In this document: positions 1-13,400 of the stretch, piece after piece
How the letters are laid out: each line of letters starts with the position of its first letter
How positions within the stretch are numbered: the first letter of the stretch is position 1
Source: Gracilinanus agilis
Lineage: Eukaryota
Direction of reading: 5' to 3'
DNA: 64,000 nt
Assembly: GCF_016433145.1 (NCBI RefSeq)
Contig: NC_058136.1
Coordinates: 73,188,345-73,252,344, forward strand
Notes under the pieces: generated by a model
Databases searched by the model: none
The model's input: only the letters and a program-made list of their open reading frames with translations
What the model was told of the DNA's origin: nothing
Translations under genes and position numbers: made by a program

Positions 1-1899
1 GGTGGTGGTGAGACGGGTTCTCCGAGGCCTTCAAATGGCCCCCGAAGTAAAGGAATCAGCATTTGTTCTGCTGCTTCCTGGGCACCTTCCCCGGCCCTGG
101 GACTGCCATCCGCACCAGGGGAGTGACCTCGTCCCTCTGTAGGCCCATTCCCGGCCCCCTAAAAGGTGTTCCCGGCTGTTGGGAGGGCGGGGCACTACTG
201 GGTGGCTGTGGCTCTGGATTCCAAGGTCTGTTCGGTGCCGCGGGAGGGATTCATTGAACCCTCGCCTCCTTTGGTAGGGCCCTTAGCCCTGGGTTCTCTG
301 AAGGCGCTGTCCAGCGGGATGCTATTGCATTTCTAAAGCCTCACTCTGCCCCTAATGGCGTGCAGAAGTCTATTTGAAGGCGGAATGGCCCAGAGCCCCT
401 CGCCGCCCCCCTCCCAACTCCTGGCCCACAGGAACGGGGGGAGTCTCTGTATAGCAAAGGCCCCGGGCCCGAGTCCAGCAGCACTGAGAGCCTCTCCTGA
501 AGTGTGGACAAGGAACTCTTGGCAGCCAGCAGTCTATTTCGGGGAGCTGTGAGGAAGGACACGGCTGTGGGCGTGGCCGTGGCCGCCGGGGGCATCTTCC
601 ATTCTCCCCCTCCTGGCTGGAAGGCACGAATTTACCCAACAGCCCCTGGAAGCGGGAGGGAGTGCCCTGCTCAGAACAGCCAGCCTGCCCCTTAGGGTCT
701 TCGTCCATTTGCCAGCCTTCAGAGTTCTACATGAAGTGACTCTGTGCTGGAGGGGGGAGTCCGAGAGAAAGAGAAGACAGAGAAGGGGAGGGGGCAGGGG
801 GAGACACAGGTGGGGGGGACCGAAGGACACACACATACACACAAAGCCAATCATTCTGATCCACTTTTCACAGCCTCCAATACTCCAGAGCCCCAGGCCA
901 AAAGGAAACCTTAAGCTAGATCAGAGTGGCCTTAAGCAAGTCTTTTCCTTCCTCCTCTGTAAAAAGAGTAGGTCCCGTAGTAGAAGATCTCCAAAAAGCC
1001 CTTCGGGTGCAAAATCTAGGCCGGCCTAAGCTTTGAACTCACTCTGCACGCCACGCCTCGCCTGAAGGATGTTGGGCTGATCCTACTAAAATGATTGAGC
1101 AAAAGGGTTGAGCTTAAAGCCACTTAAACCAGCACCAGGAAGATCTAAAGTCAAATTCAAGGGTAGAGAATTACTAGCTGCCTGACTCTGGGCAAACAAC
1201 GGAACCTCTCTCTGCCTTAGTTTTCTCATCTCTGAAATGGGAAGAGAGGGAGGGAATAAGCACTGGGCCTTACAAACATTATCTCATTGGCTCCTCACAA
1301 CCACCCTGGGAGGTCAGGCCTCCTATCCACCCCCATTTTGCAGTAGAGGCTGATGGAGGTGAAAAGACTTGCCCAGAATCCCATAGCTACCTAGCCTATA
1401 TAAATATGAAAAATAATTATGACTGAAATAATAATATTTAGATGGCATCTCCCAAATTTCACTTTTACACCTAGACACTAGTTGTTATTATTATCGTTAT
1501 TATTAGAGTGGATGGACAAAGCTCTCAGACACCTTAAGTCTGATCAGTAACAGTGATTTCTGAGCAAGGCTATTCCTTTGAAGATGTATTACTCTCGGCC
1601 GGCCGTTAGGAAGTCAGGCCCTGCCAGCTCTGCCCCAAAGCCTCTGGGGACGGGGTCAGGCATGTCTCTGCTGAGGGAGCCTTAAATATTTCACCTTCAG
1701 AGGCTGAAAATGCAAGAATCAGCAAAAGGGGCTGGGGAGGTAACAGGGAAGAGGCGGAGGGGAGCAGAGCAGAGGGCGGCGGAACAGGCCATAGTCTGTC
1801 TCTTTCACCCCCGCCCCTCTTCTTTCTAAATTCAAGAACGAAAGAGAGGACAAAGTAAAAGAGGAGACAACGGAAGGACCTCAAGAATTAACCATCAGA

Positions 1900-4104
1900 A
1901 CAAAAAACATAAAGGGGATGAGTTCTCCCATAAAATGGAGGAAGGGAGCGGAGACGATCCGAAAGCAGACGCTTGAAACACAGCATTAAAACAAGGGACT
2001 GGAGCCAAATTTATTATGCCTCAGGCAAATTTTGAAAATGCAAGAACAGCAATCAGGATCTCAGACAAAGCAACAGGAAAAAAACCAGACATGGTTAAAA
2101 GAGACAAGCAGGGAACCTACTGCAGTGATGGCGAACCTATAGCATGGGTGCCAAAGATGGAACGCAGAGGGCTCCCTGTGGACATGCAGCCCCACCCCAC
2201 CCCCCCCCCCACCCCACCCCCCAGAGTTTGTTATTAGGGACTTGGATGGAGCTGCTCCCTTCCCTCTCTCCTCCGACTCCCTCCCTTGTGTGGGGTAAGG
2301 CAGGGGCAGGGCCTGGCATTCCAGCTTTAGAAGGTTTGCCATCACTTACCTACTGTATGCTTCCAGGCACCATCGACATTAAAATACATCAATATCTAAT
2401 GTATGTGTAGCAAATGGTATAGCATCAAACTACTTAAAGGAAAGATTAATCAAGTCACTGGGAGAAATAGAGAGCAGACTAGAATAGTTGGGGACCTTGA
2501 CGTGTCCCTTTCAGACCAAATGACAACACCTAACAAAACAATAAACAAGAAAGAAGTTAAGGACCTGAACAGAATTTTAGAAAAAGTTAGCTATGATTAA
2601 CCTCCAGTGACTGATGAATGGGAAAATAAGGGAACACACACATTTCTCCACTTAGCACGACCCCTACACAAAAAAATGCTTTCTGTGGATGCAGATGAAC
2701 AGAGAGAATAAACAGCCTTCACCCTCCCCAAAGCACTACAAAGTATAATCAGCCAAGGGCATTTAGAGGAAAGCATGGAGACTAATAGGTTAATCCTATC
2801 AATCAAACTGCCGAAACAATAGATAGCTTCATTTTCAAAAGGACAACAATTAGACAACAGAACAAGATAGAGCAGTCCTAAGGGGACGGCTTAGAACACA
2901 ACACTTTGAGCAAAGTAGAGAGAAAGAGAAGATGGATGAACCGGGCACGCATGCAACTTAAAACAGTAGGGAGCAGAACGGGGAACGGGCCTGTGGGTAA
3001 CTTCGAGACAGCAAAACTCCCTCTGCCACCGCAGGAAGGAATCCGCTCATCTTAGAAAGTCGCCAAGAGTCCTGAAAGGTCAAGTGACTTGTGTAGAGGA
3101 CGTAAAAGAAACGAGGAAAAACGATTCTGTTCAATTACATGCCGATAACATTGATGACAAATTAAATGGATGGATATTTACAAAAATAGAGAACCCCCAG
3201 ATGGAAAAGCGAGACGTTAAGCGGCTCGCTCCTATGAAAAAAATACCAAGCGAGCCGGAACGGGGGCGGGTAGGGACGGAGTTACAAACAAATTCTATCA
3301 AGCGTTTCAATAAATATGAATTCCAATATCGTTCATTTGTTAGGGAAAATGGAGTCCTACTAAACTCCTCCAAGACCCACATGTGGTCCTGCTTCCTACA
3401 CCAATAGGAAAGGGAAGCTATAGGCCGCTATCTTCAAGGAATAGCAATATAAAAATATCGAATCAACTCTTAGCAGAGAGGCCATGACAACATATTAAAA
3501 AGCTCGTGCCTTCGAGCCGCGTGGGATTATACCAGGAATTCGGGGCTGCTTCGATCTTGGAAAAACCCTACCCAGGCCATACTGGTAGTGTGGGACGAGA
3601 TGGGGAGAGTTCCTTGGTAGTCTCACTGCCTTGCCAAAGGGCTACTTTGGAGAACGTGCTAAAACAAGACTCATCTGGAGACGAAAAGATCTCTGGCACA
3701 GCAAGGGGAACGAGGGCCCGCAAGGCAAAAGAAAAGGTGAACTGAACACTTCCGGACCACAAGCCAGATTATCGAAGCCCAGCTAGACAAGGGACAATCC
3801 GAAAGAGCCTGAATCGGATCCGAGACTTCAGGAAGAACTGCCCATCTGCTAAGAGCTGCTGAGGGGACACGGGCCCAGCTCGCCAGAAAGCGATGGAGGC
3901 GATCACAAAATAATAAAGGGCGTTTTGATTGCGGAAGACTGTGACCACATCTAAGAGGGGAAAGGAAGCAGCCCAAGGGGGAAAAGCTCCGATCGAATTT
4001 CTCAGCTGAGGGTTTCCTAGCCGAAATGTAGACAACTAACATTCACAACATCTGCACATGGAGGAATATATGTGGCATATATGCATGTGTCTGGAAATGT
4101 GTCG

Positions 4105-4155
<51 letters not shown>

Positions 4156-6930
4156 GTTCCAAATCACTAAAAAAGAGGAGCAATGCAGGTCCCAACCACT
4201 CCGAGGTTTTCCTCAGCTGGCTCCTACATTGTTGGCGGAGCTGTGAATTGTTCAGATAAAGTGGCTAAAAAGCTCATGCCCTCTGGCCCAGAGGTTCCCC
4301 AAGCCAGCCGCTGATAAAGAGAGAGGCCTCCCACACACCCACAAACTTAACAGAGCAGAGCAATGAATTGGAAACAAAGCAGAATGGCTCCATGGCACGA
4401 CACAACGCAGGGCACTGTGAGGAATACAGAGAAGCCTAGAAAGAGCTATACGAATTAATGCAGAGGGAAGTCCTCAGAGCCAAGGAAACAAGCTACACAA
4501 CGGCCACTGCGACAACATAAAAGGAGATAGCAAGCCACAAGGCAAGCACAAGGTCCATGTTGGTTGTGAACTGACAAAGAATGAGCTCGGCCCCAAGGAT
4601 GAGATGAGAGGAGGAGGAGGAGGAGTCCCCTTCGCTCTTTTGCAGAACAGCACGAAGGCTCTCCCATTTTGGCTGATCCTTTACTCTTCGTCCTCTTTTC
4701 CTTTGAAAACATGCTTTGTTAGATGGCTCTCTGGGAGGGGGAAGCACCACATTATTTGAAATCGTTCAATTATTTGGCATAGTTCTCGAAGTGCTGGCTC
4801 TAGCAAGGAGACAAGAGAGAGAAAGTGAGAGGATAAGCGCAGGCCAAGAGGAACCAGAACCATCGCTGCTTTTGCAGATGCCGTGATCTTGAAGCCCCTA
4901 AAGCGGGAACTAAAAAATTAACGGAAATAATAACCTCAGCCAAGTAACTGGACCCCAAAAAGGCCACGAACTCCTCAAGCTCCCTCGAGATTCCCGACAG
5001 AGCCTGGCAGGAAGCGAGCCAAAAAATGCATCGCCTCCCCAATGGAAGCCTTTTCTTTAAGAGGAACCAGATGAATTCGAGCTTTTTCAGAAAGAAATAC
5101 AAATAACAGGAAGCGAGAGTTCTTGCTCCTGGCTGGGCGGGGGCCACGTAGCCACAATGATGATCCTGCCTAAATTGCTTCCCAAGGGTTACTTGATCGG
5201 ATGGGAAAAAAGAATTTAAAGTTTCATCGAGAAGACCAAACGGTTAGTAATCTCAAGCCAGCGCGATAGAAATGAAGTCGGCAAAGGGTGGGGAGGGAAG
5301 CACTGGAGGTTCGGGTCCTGGTCTGTTTGGTTTTTTACCCTGACCCACTAGTTTATTTACTGCTTTTTTTTCCCCGTTCATAATCAGGGGCAGCTAGGTA
5401 GCTCAGTGGCTATATGGAAAGCCAGGCCTGGAGATGGAAGGATGTGGGTTCCTGCGTGACCATCTGCCTAGCCCTTCCTGCTCTGTCTTAGAATTGATAC
5501 CAATTTTAAAAAAACACACAGAATCAGTTCAACATATTGGGTACCAGCTTGGCCTGCTTTTGCTTGTCCATGTCGCTCTCCAGACTCGCTTCCTCCCTTC
5601 TGTTGGTTCTTCTTCCTGACTTTGCACCGCCCCCGCCCTTCTCTCTTCCCTTGTCCCAAATCCGCACTTCTCCAGCTGGCCGGGCCACAAAATGCCCATC
5701 GCCCTCCGCCCCCTGGTTCCTCCAGCAGTGGCCTCGGCCGTGCTTGGATCAGAGTTGTTGCTCTGTTCCTGATGAGCTTTGGAGCTCTCTTCTGGCTCAG
5801 TTCACCCGTCTGCCGAGATTTCTCGGAATTCGCCCAGGAATATCCATTAATCCAGAAACAGAAGAGCCGGAGGAATTGTGCTTCTTTATCACGAGGGACA
5901 AAGGGAAAGGGCAGGGCATGCTCTCTCGGTCTACACCACCGGGTGAAGCTGGAGGAGAGCTTCAAGGAGAACAACCACTGCAAGAAGCACGTGAAGTGAA
6001 AACAAGGGCCGAGCTTAGGCCAAGCCAAGAGCAGCAAAGCGAACAGAAAGTCCTTCTTCTGGGCGCAACAATCGAACTACCAACGAGTGACTCGACGGAG
6101 GCATCAAACACGCAGCCCTACTGAACAGATTAAAATGGAACTGAGAAATGGTTAACAGAATCAATGAAAAGACAATCGAACGGAGGAATCCTCAGGAACA
6201 GATTAGCCTTGTCTGGAGGAGTAAGAGGTCAAGAGCCTCCCGTGAAGGAGTGAAGAAAAAAATGGGAAGAAATGGAGAGGCATCTGGCCTGGTGTGCCAG
6301 ACGTAACTCGAACCCAAATGCCTTAGCTCCTGGCAGGAAGGGAGACCTCACTACCCGACAAAACCTGCTAGGAAAACTGGGCCACCGCCTGGCACGCCTT
6401 CTGCCCAGAACAGCTGCCAATGGACGCGCGGCCTAAATCTGTATGCAAATTAGAGGAACAAGAAATTATGGGTAGGGACGAGTTCATGACCAAATGAAGG
6501 ACAAAGAGCAGAGAAGTTAAAATGGCCAATTCGAATGTTTACAAAAAACCATTTTCTTTCAAAATCCTTACGTTCGATCTTCCAATGAGAACTGAGTATG
6601 TAAGGCAAAGGAGTGGTAAGGGGTAGGCACCAGGGGTGGAGTGACTTGTCCAAGGTCATCTAGCTAGGAAGTGTCTGAGGCCAGATTTGAACCCAGGACA
6701 TCCCCTCTGCAGACCTGGCTCTCTCTCCACTTTCTATCCACCTACCTGCCCCTAATATTAATATACAATTGAAAAGTTTTTGTACAAACGAATCCGTGCC
6801 ATGGCTAAGATCAGAAGGGAAACTGAGAAAAAAGCTTTGCGGCCAGCAAGCTTCTCGGACAAGGCCCGATTTCCAAGATACTCGAGGAACTGATTCCTGT
6901 TGATAAAAAGAAGCCGTTCACAGCTGCCCA
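1900..6930 (+). mobile_element. Ancient fragmented L1 ORF2 with SINE insertions
   Basis: EN-like peptide RIVGDLDVSLS...TINKKEVKDLNRILEK (2403-2600). 3130-3480 aligns by eye to young L1 42130-43160, and 6760-6900 to 45000-45140. Boundaries approximate. Confidence 0.7.
4107..4154. repeat. (GT)24 microsatellite
   Basis: Read directly. Confidence 0.97.
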
Positions 6931-9918
6931 ATGCAAACATGTTCTAACTCGCTAATGATCTGTCACGCTTTCGCTGTGTCTCAGTCACTTCCAAGTCGTT
7001 CTCTGTGACCTCGTTGGGGTTTGCTTGGCAGAGATGCTGGACTGGTTGGCCATTTCCTTCTCCAGCTCATCTGACAGATGAGGAACTGGGGCCAACAGGG
7101 TGAAGGGACTTGCCCAGGGTCACACTGCTAGGCAGTGCCTAAGGCCAAAGTGGAGCTCGGGAAGATGAGTCTTCCTGACTTTGGACCCAGGGGTCTACCC
7201 GCTGCAGTGCTGGCTGGCTACCTCACTAATAACTGGAGAAATGCAGATCACCCAAGTCGGAGGCCTACCTCACATTCATCCGACTGGCAAAGCTGATGAA
7301 AAAGAGAGGAAGACAAATGTCGGAGGGGTTGTGGGACGACAGGCCTGCTGATGCCCCACCGGTGGAGCTGTGGATCCCCCACACGACTAGCGCGGGAATG
7401 CTCTCCGAGAGTCTATGCGCAAAAAGAGGGCAGAAGCCGGACAAGCAGCGGCACGTGCCCGGGATGGAGAGACGACAAAAGGGATCGCTTCGGAGAAAGC
7501 ACGCCTGACTGGCGTCAGGAGGAGAACCAGGAGAGCAAATGACACCACAGAGAGAGTCAGCGGGGAAAGACTGGGGAGCTCTGCCCGACCCAGCGGCCAA
7601 CCCCAGTCCTCAACCGATGCGGAGGGAAGGGAGCAGGAGAGGCATGACAAACAAAGGCGGAAGACTCGGGAGGTCTTGGCCGAACCCCAGAGGCCTAACG
7701 AGGAAACGGGTGGCTCCTCCAGAGAGCGGAGGGATACCCGTTTGGAGAAGCGGCCAATGGGGGTTTTGTCTAACTCTATCCGGACGATCCAAGACTCTGG
7801 ACTTCCTTCCTTCCGTGTCAGTGGGCGGGGCGAGGTGGGAGGGAGGAAATGGCCACCCGGGCCCACTGATGAGTCTACCCAGCTGGGTGACTGCCCCCAC
7901 TAATGAAGAGAGCGCAGTGAGTGCTCCTTCCTGTCCAAACAGGGAACCCAGAAACATGTGCCAGGCGGTGAACCCTGGCCATGGACGCTGAAATTCAATA
8001 GAGGACGAGGAAGAGGGGGGCCAGCAAAAGCGCCGCCCTTTTAGAGCGGGTCTATTAGGGCCAAAGGTCCAGCAGACCCTCCCCTCCCCTCCCCAGCTCC
8101 CACGCTCCCCTCCAACGTACCTGGGGCCCAGAGACAGGAGCGAAAGGGTTAGTGGTCCTTAAGCCTGGCTGGGCGTAAATCAAGGGCTGGGGGGCCATGA
8201 GAGGGACTGCTCCCAACGGGGTCTGTACCTGTGAGTGGAAAAGGACAAAAAAGAACCCTGAAACAGCGGTTCTCCCGGCCAACCCCCGCCAGTAGACGTG
8301 TGGTGCGAGCCCGAAGAGGAAGACGACGGCGGCTGGCCAAATACAGCTGCAAAGCAAATCTCAAGGAGACGGGCCCATCGCCCAGGCCCTTCCGGAGCCC
8401 CACCCCTGGCAACTGGCCTGGCGCCGAGCACCCCGAATTCGGAGGCGACAGCTGCTAGCCAGGCCGGCGTCATGCTTAGCAGCTCAGAATCTCCAGCGTT
8501 CTCAACTGTCAACTTGGAGGAATAACGCTGGCCCGGCTACCTCGAGGGCAGCAAGACCCAAGGGCAAACCTGGCTGCGGACACATGCTAGCTGCATGACC
8601 TCGGCCGAGTCGCTTTGCTGCCTGTCTGCCTCAGCTTTCCCATCTGTAAAAGAAGGGCAAGAAGGGCGCCTCCCTCCCGGGGTTGTGCTGAGGACCGAAC
8701 GAGAGGAGAACTGCGAAGCCCCTTGGCACACCTGCAAAGCCTAGAGGGCGCAGAGGGACCTCCCGGGACCGCTGGGAAGAAAACAGTGAAGGACTGGCTG
8801 GAGACTTGTGGGGCCCCTCCCCATCCGCACCTCTGACCAAGCTGGTGGCCCTAACCCGGAGTGCAAAGGCAGGGGAGGAGGAACAAGGCCACCAAGTAGC
8901 CGAGAAGCCCTCTAAAAGTGATGCCCCGGCCGGGCCAGCCGAATCAGGAGCCCTTCGGCTCCCTATCTGTGGGTGGCTCATCTGTCCCCAGAGCGGGTCC
9001 CCTTGGCCAGCCATTCTCGAGCCAAAGTCCCTCGCAGCTCGGCCCAGGGGTCTTTTCCCACGGCTGATCCACCCACTTTGTCTCCTCCTTTGCTTGCCGA
9101 ACTGTAGCTTCTTCCCTCCTGACGCCATTTACTGCTTGAGCCCAAGGGCTCTCCAAGTCTAGCAGGAGGGGCCCGAGGCTGGGCTGCTGTGTGCTCTCTG
9201 CTCCCAAGGCCCCGACACGGAACAGAGGCCACTTTCCCAAGAGCGGAGGCCGACGAGGCAATCGGCCTCTCTCCCTTCGTCCCAACACATCTGAGGCTTC
9301 TTCGGCGAACGGACTGGACCCAGTCACATTCGGGTACAGAGTAAGGCAACGGAATGTCCCTTCCTCGGAGTCCAGAGAGGCCTCCCTCCCACACCCAGCT
9401 CGTCTCTGCTTCTAGGACTAGGGGGCCCCTTGATACTCTACTGAGTGCTGCTGCGGCCCCCTCTGCCAGTGCCAGGCAGGAAGGGTCTTGGCTCTGCTTC
9501 GTTTGCGCTCGGGCTAGCTAGTGGGCTTCTTACCATGCCATATACAGGCAGCGGATGTGGGTTCGCTGGATAGGATACGGGGACAGGCACCTGGAACAAC
9601 GACAAAAAAAAGTCTGTGATATTACGTGGGCTTCACCCGATCGGTGCTAACGAGGCGGGAGGAAACGAAAGGCGAGGGGAATGAGGTGGGGCCTGGAACC
9701 CAACGCTCCGGGCCTTCGAAATCCGAGGGGGCCCGAGAGGCCCAAGAAGAAGGCTAAGGCCGCCCTCGGCCCCTGCGCCGCCACAGAAGCCCGCCGTCGG
9801 CACGAGAGTCCAAGATGATGACTCCGGATGGTGAAATGCTGCAGAAGGAGAGAGTGAGGCTCGAGGGGGGGGGGGGGGGNNNNNNNNNNNNNNNNNNNNN
9901 NNNNNNNNNNNNNNNNNN

Positions 9919-10400
9919 TTTCCACGCGGAGCCTAACTCGGGAGAGAGCTTCGACAAGCGGGAACGGGATAACCCCAAACCAATGACTCCACGGACCAGG
10001 GAGACAGAGAGCAAAAAGATCAAGAGCGCAGCTCTCTGCCGTAAAAAAGAGCCGATCTGGAAAAGAGCTCAAGGGGAGATCATCGAAGAACCTTTCGACT
10101 TCTGGGCAACTACCAGAAAGAAGACAAGAAATCGTAAAAGGAAACCGTCCCCCTCTATTGGAAGCAGAGAGCAGAGTGAAATCAAAGTCCCCGAAAGCGG
10201 TGGCGTGGCCCAGCTCAGAGCTCCCGTGTCAAAGAAAGACGCAGTTCAGAAGCCAAGGAACCACGGGCACGATCGCCCCGAACCTGGCGGGTTCCAAGGG
10301 AAATAAGAGAAGAGCTTGGAACGTGATATTCCAGAAGACGAAGAATCTGGACGTACGGGGGGAAATGGATCTTTAACGGATGAGAGGACTCTGAGTCATT
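9919..10400 (+). mobile_element. Degenerate L1 ORF1
   Basis: Fragments ADLEKSSRGD (cf. DLENRSRRDN) and TIAPNLAGSKGNKRRAWNVIFQKTKNL (cf. ITQDLAASTLK..RRAWNMIFQKAKEL). Confidence 0.7.
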
Positions 10401-13400
10401 TGGCTGGAACTGAGCAAGAACTCTGAAATACAAACCCGAGTCCAGAGAAATGGAGAAAGCAAGTGAGTGGAAGGAGCCACGTGATGACGTGGCGCTGCCA
10501 TGCGAGGGGGAAGGAGAGGAGGGTCTCTTCAGAACTTTAAGGTCGGCAGAGGGCTCTGAGGGAGTTAAATAAGCAAAACGGCGGATCTGGGGACAGGGGA
10601 GGTTGGTTTTGTTGTGAGAGTTAGAAGAGAGGAAAAAGAAGAGAGAGAAAGAAGGGTTCCGCCAGAGTAGAAAGGAGGAAGAAGGGGTAGAACTTGCTCT
10701 TTTTCTTCGTTGGGGGACAAGAATGCAGAAACATGGAAGAAAGGATGCACAAGTGAGCATCGAGCAAGCCCCACTTTTTTCTGGAATGGATGAAGGTCAC
10801 ACTCACACTCACACACACACGCACACACAGAGGTTGGTATAGAAATTCAAGATCGCTTGCATTCCGTCTCCTCAGATGCGATGTGCAATCCAATGTGGTC
10901 GCTTGTCAAGATCTTTGGGAATATCTTGTCAGTCACCCGACAGCCTCCCAGCTTTGTGCCTTCTGCAAATTCTAGGCTTTCGCCAAGTTCATAATACAAG
11001 TGGGAAACCTCAGAGTGCCCGGCTGGCACCCACCCACCGATGGGCACTCAATCGATTCTGCAGCAACCACTTAAGTGTTCTCTCATCTAACACTGGACAA
11101 AGTCTCTTGTATCATCCTTAGGAGAAGGATGGGCCGGGGGGGGGGGGGGCGTGGCTACGGTACCAGGTCAATGGAAAAGGAAAGCAAGTTGAAAAACCAT
11201 CCGTCGTCACCACCCACGTGTCCTCCCCAGCCATCCTGGTGCAGGGGACGGAAAGCCCACCAATCGCCAACCCCAAAGCCCAGTGCTCGTGCAGGGAGTG
11301 GACGTTCCCTACCATATGTGGAACAGGAGAGATGGTGGCGGGACTCCACGTGGTCGCTGTGCTTGTCTTCACCTGCCAGTTCATTCCCCCCGTCATTTTC
11401 TTCTCAGAGGGCTGATTCCACTGGATGTCAGATCTAAAAGGAGACGCATCAATGAGCCTTTTCGTGGAGCGTTCCCCCCCCCCCCCCCGCCATATGATGA
11501 GGAAATGGGCCCGTTATCAAGAGCATCCTCGCACACACGCACACGCCAGCATTCAAAAACATCATCCCGTGTACAGGGAGATACAAACTAAGTGAAGTCC
11601 AAAGGGTAGGGCCCACAAGGCTAGTCTGCCGGTTGGAAAGCAGCAGCAGCCCCGCCTCCCTTTTTAGAGGCCCCCACCGTCCCCCTACCGTCTCCCCCAC
11701 TTCTCCGTCCCTCAAGGCCAGGGGCTGCTTTTTCCTTGGTGTCCCCAGGACACCTCAGAACAGGACCTTTCCCGGAGTCAGTCAGCAAGTGCTTGCTCTC
11801 ATCCCTGCACGGGGCTGCGGGCTCTAAACCTAGAAGATGGGCTCTGGCTGCCGCTCCCATCCACACCGTCCAGCCGCCCAAAGCCAGCCTGGGAAGGAGG
11901 CCGGGCCTCCCGGTGGGAGAGCAGCTCCTCCGGCCCATAACTAGGGGAACATTCGTCCTTTCTTCAGGCTTCCTTCTCTCCAAAGGGGCTGCAAGTCCTC
12001 ATACAAACTTAGGCTGGGGGAGCCCAGAGCCAGGAGGGAGAGAGAAATCACCGAGTTCCAACGGAACCGAGCCGGCCTTCACGAGAGCCTCACGGAGGCC
12101 GTTTTGACCAATACTGGTAGGGCCGGGCTTCTGCCACAGAAGATCAGAGCTTCGGAGCCCACGGCAGACTTCCCCCAGCTGCCGCGGGACCCAGGGAGAG
12201 TCACTTCACCGTCATCGCTTCACGATCGCACCATCAGGAGAAGATTCCACGCCACTGGAGTGGTGGCATACTTCTTTGGGGCTGGTAGCTGGTCACTGAT
12301 CGAGGCTGGCCCAGGGCCACGTGTTTGTGAAGCTTGTGTTAGGCGGGCGCGGGAACCACAAGAGAGAGAACGGTGCTTCCTGGGCCACGGTCCCCCCTCC
12401 TCTGGGCTGACTTGCCTTTAAGCCTCTCGGTCATTCATGTAGCCTGGGAAGCTCAGGCTCCTGGGAAGGTGGCGGGAGGAGGATGGGAGGGGGAGAGCCG
12501 GGATACCAAAGGACCATGCAGTGATGGGGCGGAATGGGCCGAGCACAAGAACCAAATCGCAGAACCCCGGGCTGCTCGGGCTTGGCCGAAGGAGCGAGGA
12601 ACACGCCGGTGGCGTCTGGCTACAGTACGGTGGCGAATGATCACGAGAGCGAGACGGCGTTAACGCAGGACGATGCCATTCGGGCCGACGGATGGAAAAG
12701 CAGTGAGCGCCGAGGCCGGGGCCGCTGGCAGAGCAGTGGCTTGGGAGGGGGCTGCCGCTGGGTCTCGCGTCGTGCCCTCCAGCCTTCGAGGTCGCTTTCG
12801 GCTCTGAACGCTAGTCTTCGGCTACCGAAGCTCTTAGGGGAGAACGTCCGAAACTTTCGGCCGGCCTCCCACAGCCAGTGCCAACTGGCCGGGTCACTGC
12901 ACTCTTAGGCCCCGGGGAGGCAGCCCTGCTCACGGCGGGCCTTAGGCCCAAGGGGAGGACTCCCGCCAAGCGATTATGGGCCTGAACCTCTAACAGGCCC
13001 CACGCTCCTTTCCCCCCAACCCTTAACCACGGGCTAGCTGCCCTTTGCCACAAGAAGGACTTACTTTTGGGGGCTCGTTCCAAAGTCCAGATCTGTTTTG
13101 ACAAAACAAAAGAAGATACGTCACTTTTCTTTAAAGCGCGGCCAGAGTGGAGGGGGCAGCTGGGTGGCTCAGGGGACTGGCTGAGAGCCGGGCCTCGAGA
13201 CAGGGCATCCTGGCTTCAGACCTGCTCTTGGACGCTTCCTCGCTGCCTTATCCTGGGCAGGTCACGCCCTGGCGCCCATCGCCTAGCCCTTGCCACCCTT
13301 CTGGCGGTGTTCTAAGAAGGAGGGGAAGGCTTTAAAAAAAACAAAAGAAAAGGGTGTAGAGTGCTGGGCCCGGAGCTGGGAAGACCAGAGCTCAAGCAGT

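Noticed and set aside
25-55. Minus-strand LYFGGHL resembling NT5DC motif IV (LYFGDHL)
   Set aside because: Preceded by an in-frame stop, the catalytic Asp is absent, and the flanks do not match.
11200-11245. MAGED... resembling the MTCP1 N-terminus
   Set aside because: Only five residues match, what follows does not, and it is on the wrong side of F8.
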